A DNA stretch of 64,000 bases from Guillardia theta CCMP2712. Its lineage: Eukaryota; Protista; Cryptophyta. Below the pieces are notes generated by a model, which was not told where the DNA came from, ran no database searches, and saw only the letters and a program-made list of their open reading frames with translations. Below, one piece after another: positions 61,456 through 64,000 of this stretch. The stretch's first letter is position 1, and the number at the start of each line of letters is the position of its first letter. Made by a program: the position numbers and the translations under genes. The stretch is from positions 178,058 through 242,057 of the forward strand of contig NW_005434651.1 of the NCBI RefSeq assembly GCF_000315625.1. The letters run 5' to 3'.

Positions 61456-61659
61456 CCCGAGAGGATCCTGAGAAACAACTGCATCACCATTGAGCGCTTA
61501 CAGGCTCTCATCGTCGTCAGTCACCTTGTACATGGATTAATCTTGCGGGTGATACACTGGAGTCCTCCTCCTCCTCCTCCTCCTCCTCCTCTCAGCCGCC
61601 ATCGTCTCCTCCGTCGGACGCTTTGTCGGCAAGCAATGGACCGTGAAAGCCGGGGATTC

Positions 61660-62020
61660 TTTTTTTACCCTGTAAAATTAAAAAAAATGCAAACAAAATG
61701 ATCCCGGGTCCGCCGGCTTGCCGGGCCGAGGCTCACTGTATTCGGATCGGCGCCCGGCCGGGCCGCGCCGAGATTTGATGGCGGGCCTGGATGACTCACT
61801 GAGTCTCATCAGTACGAGGATGATCAGGAGAGTCTCATTGGAGTCCGCGGGGAGCGCCCCGGCCGATCGGACTCACTCAGCCTCGGAGATCGAATCAGGT
61901 CGACCGGGCGGTACTCAGTACGGCAGACCGTGACGGGCCGGGCCCGGCCGGGTGGCCCCGGTGACCCGGGCATAAAAAAAAAGATAAAAAAACAAGATCC
62001 TGTAAAACTAAAAATGAACT
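61660..62020. promoter_or_regulatory. CCGG-palindrome block flanked by A-tracts between divergent GT2 and MATE genes
   Basis: CCTGTAAAA(T/C)TAAAAA at 61669 and 61999; GC core 61703-61970. Confidence 0.5.
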
Positions 62021-62392
62021 TTAGAACCGGAAGTCCTTTAGACGTGCATCGCATGCGACCAAACGTGGAAAGGGAAACGAAGAGGAGGGGAGGGGAGGAG
62101 AAGGGGAGGAGGAGGAGGAGGAGGAAGGAGTAGAAGAGAATAAAGGATATCACAACAACACAACACAACAAGATAGAACTCTCAGACATCAACAAGGCAA
62201 ACAGACAACTGAAAAAGTTGAAAACGCTCCAAAGAAGAGGTGATCAGATCCGTCAACTTGACATAAACGACAGAAGGAGCATAGCTGATAGGCAGGCATT
62301 TCGCTAACGTTCACATTTTGTTTTCATTACATGCGCATTCCGTACTCGTTGTCCAGCATTCGTTCGAACACACTGATGGTTTGTTTTTGAAG

Positions 62393-64000
62393 ATGTCCAG
62401 GGAAGCCAGCAGGTGAAGCGGAGGTCGCGAAGCTTTGAAACAGATTGAAATAGATTGTCTGTTGAAGACAAGACTTGCAAACAAATCAAAAAGATGATCG
62501 AGATGATTGAAGAAGGTCGTGTCATGCTGCGTTTGGCTGCTCCGATCATGGCGAGCTCTAGCTTGAGTTATATTATGAACATGGTTGACCTGTCGATGGT
62601 TGGTAAGACGCGAATACCTCATGCTGCCATCCTTTTATAGACCCTCTTCTCCTCTCTCCTTTCCCTCCCTCATCCTCCTTTACCTTCCCATCCCTCTCTG
62701 TCTCTCCTTCTCCACTCCACAACATCACATTACCGCTATCTTCTCCCTCCCTATCTCCTCCTCCTCCTCCTCCTCCCCTCTCCTCCTCCATCTTAAAACC
62801 TCTATAGGTCACCTTGGGCGTGAAGAGCTTGCGGCTGCCTCATTGGGAACGGCTTTTTACATGACCGTCTTCTTCCCCCTCAACGGGGTGGCCATGGCAC
62901 TGGATACTCTGTTTTCTCAGTCGTACGGGGCCAAGAACTTTCATTCCTATGCCCTCTGGCTCCTGGTGGGCTGCGTTTCCATGACGTGCAGCACGCTGCC
63001 TGTCATCGTGATCCTGCTCTTCACGGACAAGTTCCTCATCGCTATGGGCATGGAGGAGCATCTGAGCCACCGAGCAGCTACGTTCGTTCATTACCTGCTA
63101 CCAGGGATGCTTCCCAACATCTTGTATATAGTCTTCACCAAGTATCTACAGGTTGATCCCCTCCATCTTTCCTCCTCTCCTCCTCTCCTCCTCTCCTCCT
63201 GTCTCCCTGTCTCCCTCTTCTCCTCTCTCCCTCTCTTCCTCTCCTTCCCTCCAACTTAACCCTGCTCCCTCCTCTCCACTATCCCAATCCCTCCTCTCCG
63301 CCTCTTCTCTCTCCTTGCCCTCCCTCCCCCCAATCTCCTCACTGCCACTCCCTCCTGACTGTCTCCTGTTCAGTCTCAGCACATCCTCTCCCCCTGTGTC
63401 TGGATTTCTGCTCTTTCCAACCTCTTCAACATCATCGTCAACTACGTGCTCATCTACTCCCTGGGCTGGGGCTTCGTTGGAGCTCCGGTGGCCACCACCC
63501 TCTCTCGCATCTTCCAGTTCCTTGGAATGATCGTCTTCCTCCTCTCCTCCTCGCGTCACTCGAGGTACTCCCCTGCTCCCTTGCTCGCCTCCCCTCCTCC
63601 CCTCCTCCCCTCCTCCCGTCCTCCCCTCCTCCCCTCCTCCCCTCCTCCCCTCCTCCCCTCCTCCCCTCCTCGGAAGCAGGGGGTTCTCTGTGCTCGATGT
63701 TCTGCCTGCTGTCTATTGATCCAGTCACACTCACGAACTTTCCTGCTCTGAGAAGAAGGTCGATATGTACTGTGACGAAGCTCGGGGGATAGTTGGTTAA
63801 GGTGGTGGACGAGGTGGCCTTTCCGCTGGAGTGCCAGCGGAACAATTCACAGCTGATACTCTTACAAAGACGGTGCGGGGACTCCCATAGATGTAGGCTT
63901 TTACGGACATGTTTATTTCAATGGACTCGTCAGTTCCCTTGGTATTACTAGAGACCTATGGTGCAAACTGACAGTTCGAAGTTTTTATTCTGGGTTTGCA
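62393..64000 (+). CDS. MATE-family efflux transporter, 3' partial (last recognised exon ends ~63564)
   Basis: LRLAAPI, VDLSMVG|HLGREELAAASLG, ALDTLFSQSYGAKN, KYLQ|SQH, LGWGFVGAPVATTLS. Confidence 0.93.

Noticed and set aside
63680-64000. Non-repetitive sequence after the last recognised MATE exon, possible insertion
   Set aside because: Truncated by the window edge; no recognisable coding or element motifs

Overview
Gene-dense eukaryotic nuclear DNA with many short (~40-70 nt) introns, purine/pyrimidine microsatellites and one 100-N gap. Style and bipartite leader peptides fit a cryptophyte alga such as Guillardia theta (inference). Most ORF-track entries are shadow ORFs, so gene models were assembled by hand through GT/GC-AG junctions. 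About 20 genes: intronless TM-IQ-LRR-Roc protein, TRM5, bHLH-PAS-like factor, a conserved membrane protein, a large SNF2 remodeller, two paralogous membrane proteins of unknown family, a degenerate HECT protein, class B DnaJ, plastid-type FAD monooxygenase, CRAMP1/TKI1-like SANT protein, insulysin-like peptidase, EF-hand/CBM48/repeat protein, NIPA Mg transporter, small secreted protein, chagasin-family inhibitor, GT2 glycosyltransferase and a MATE transporter. Most notable: the SNF2 remodeller appears to start with a signal peptide and an RRLRGG ubiquitin-like motif, suggesting export to the periplastid compartment/nucleomorph. A second protein has a similar leader (LWLKGG). Two classes of recurrent intergenic element also stand out.
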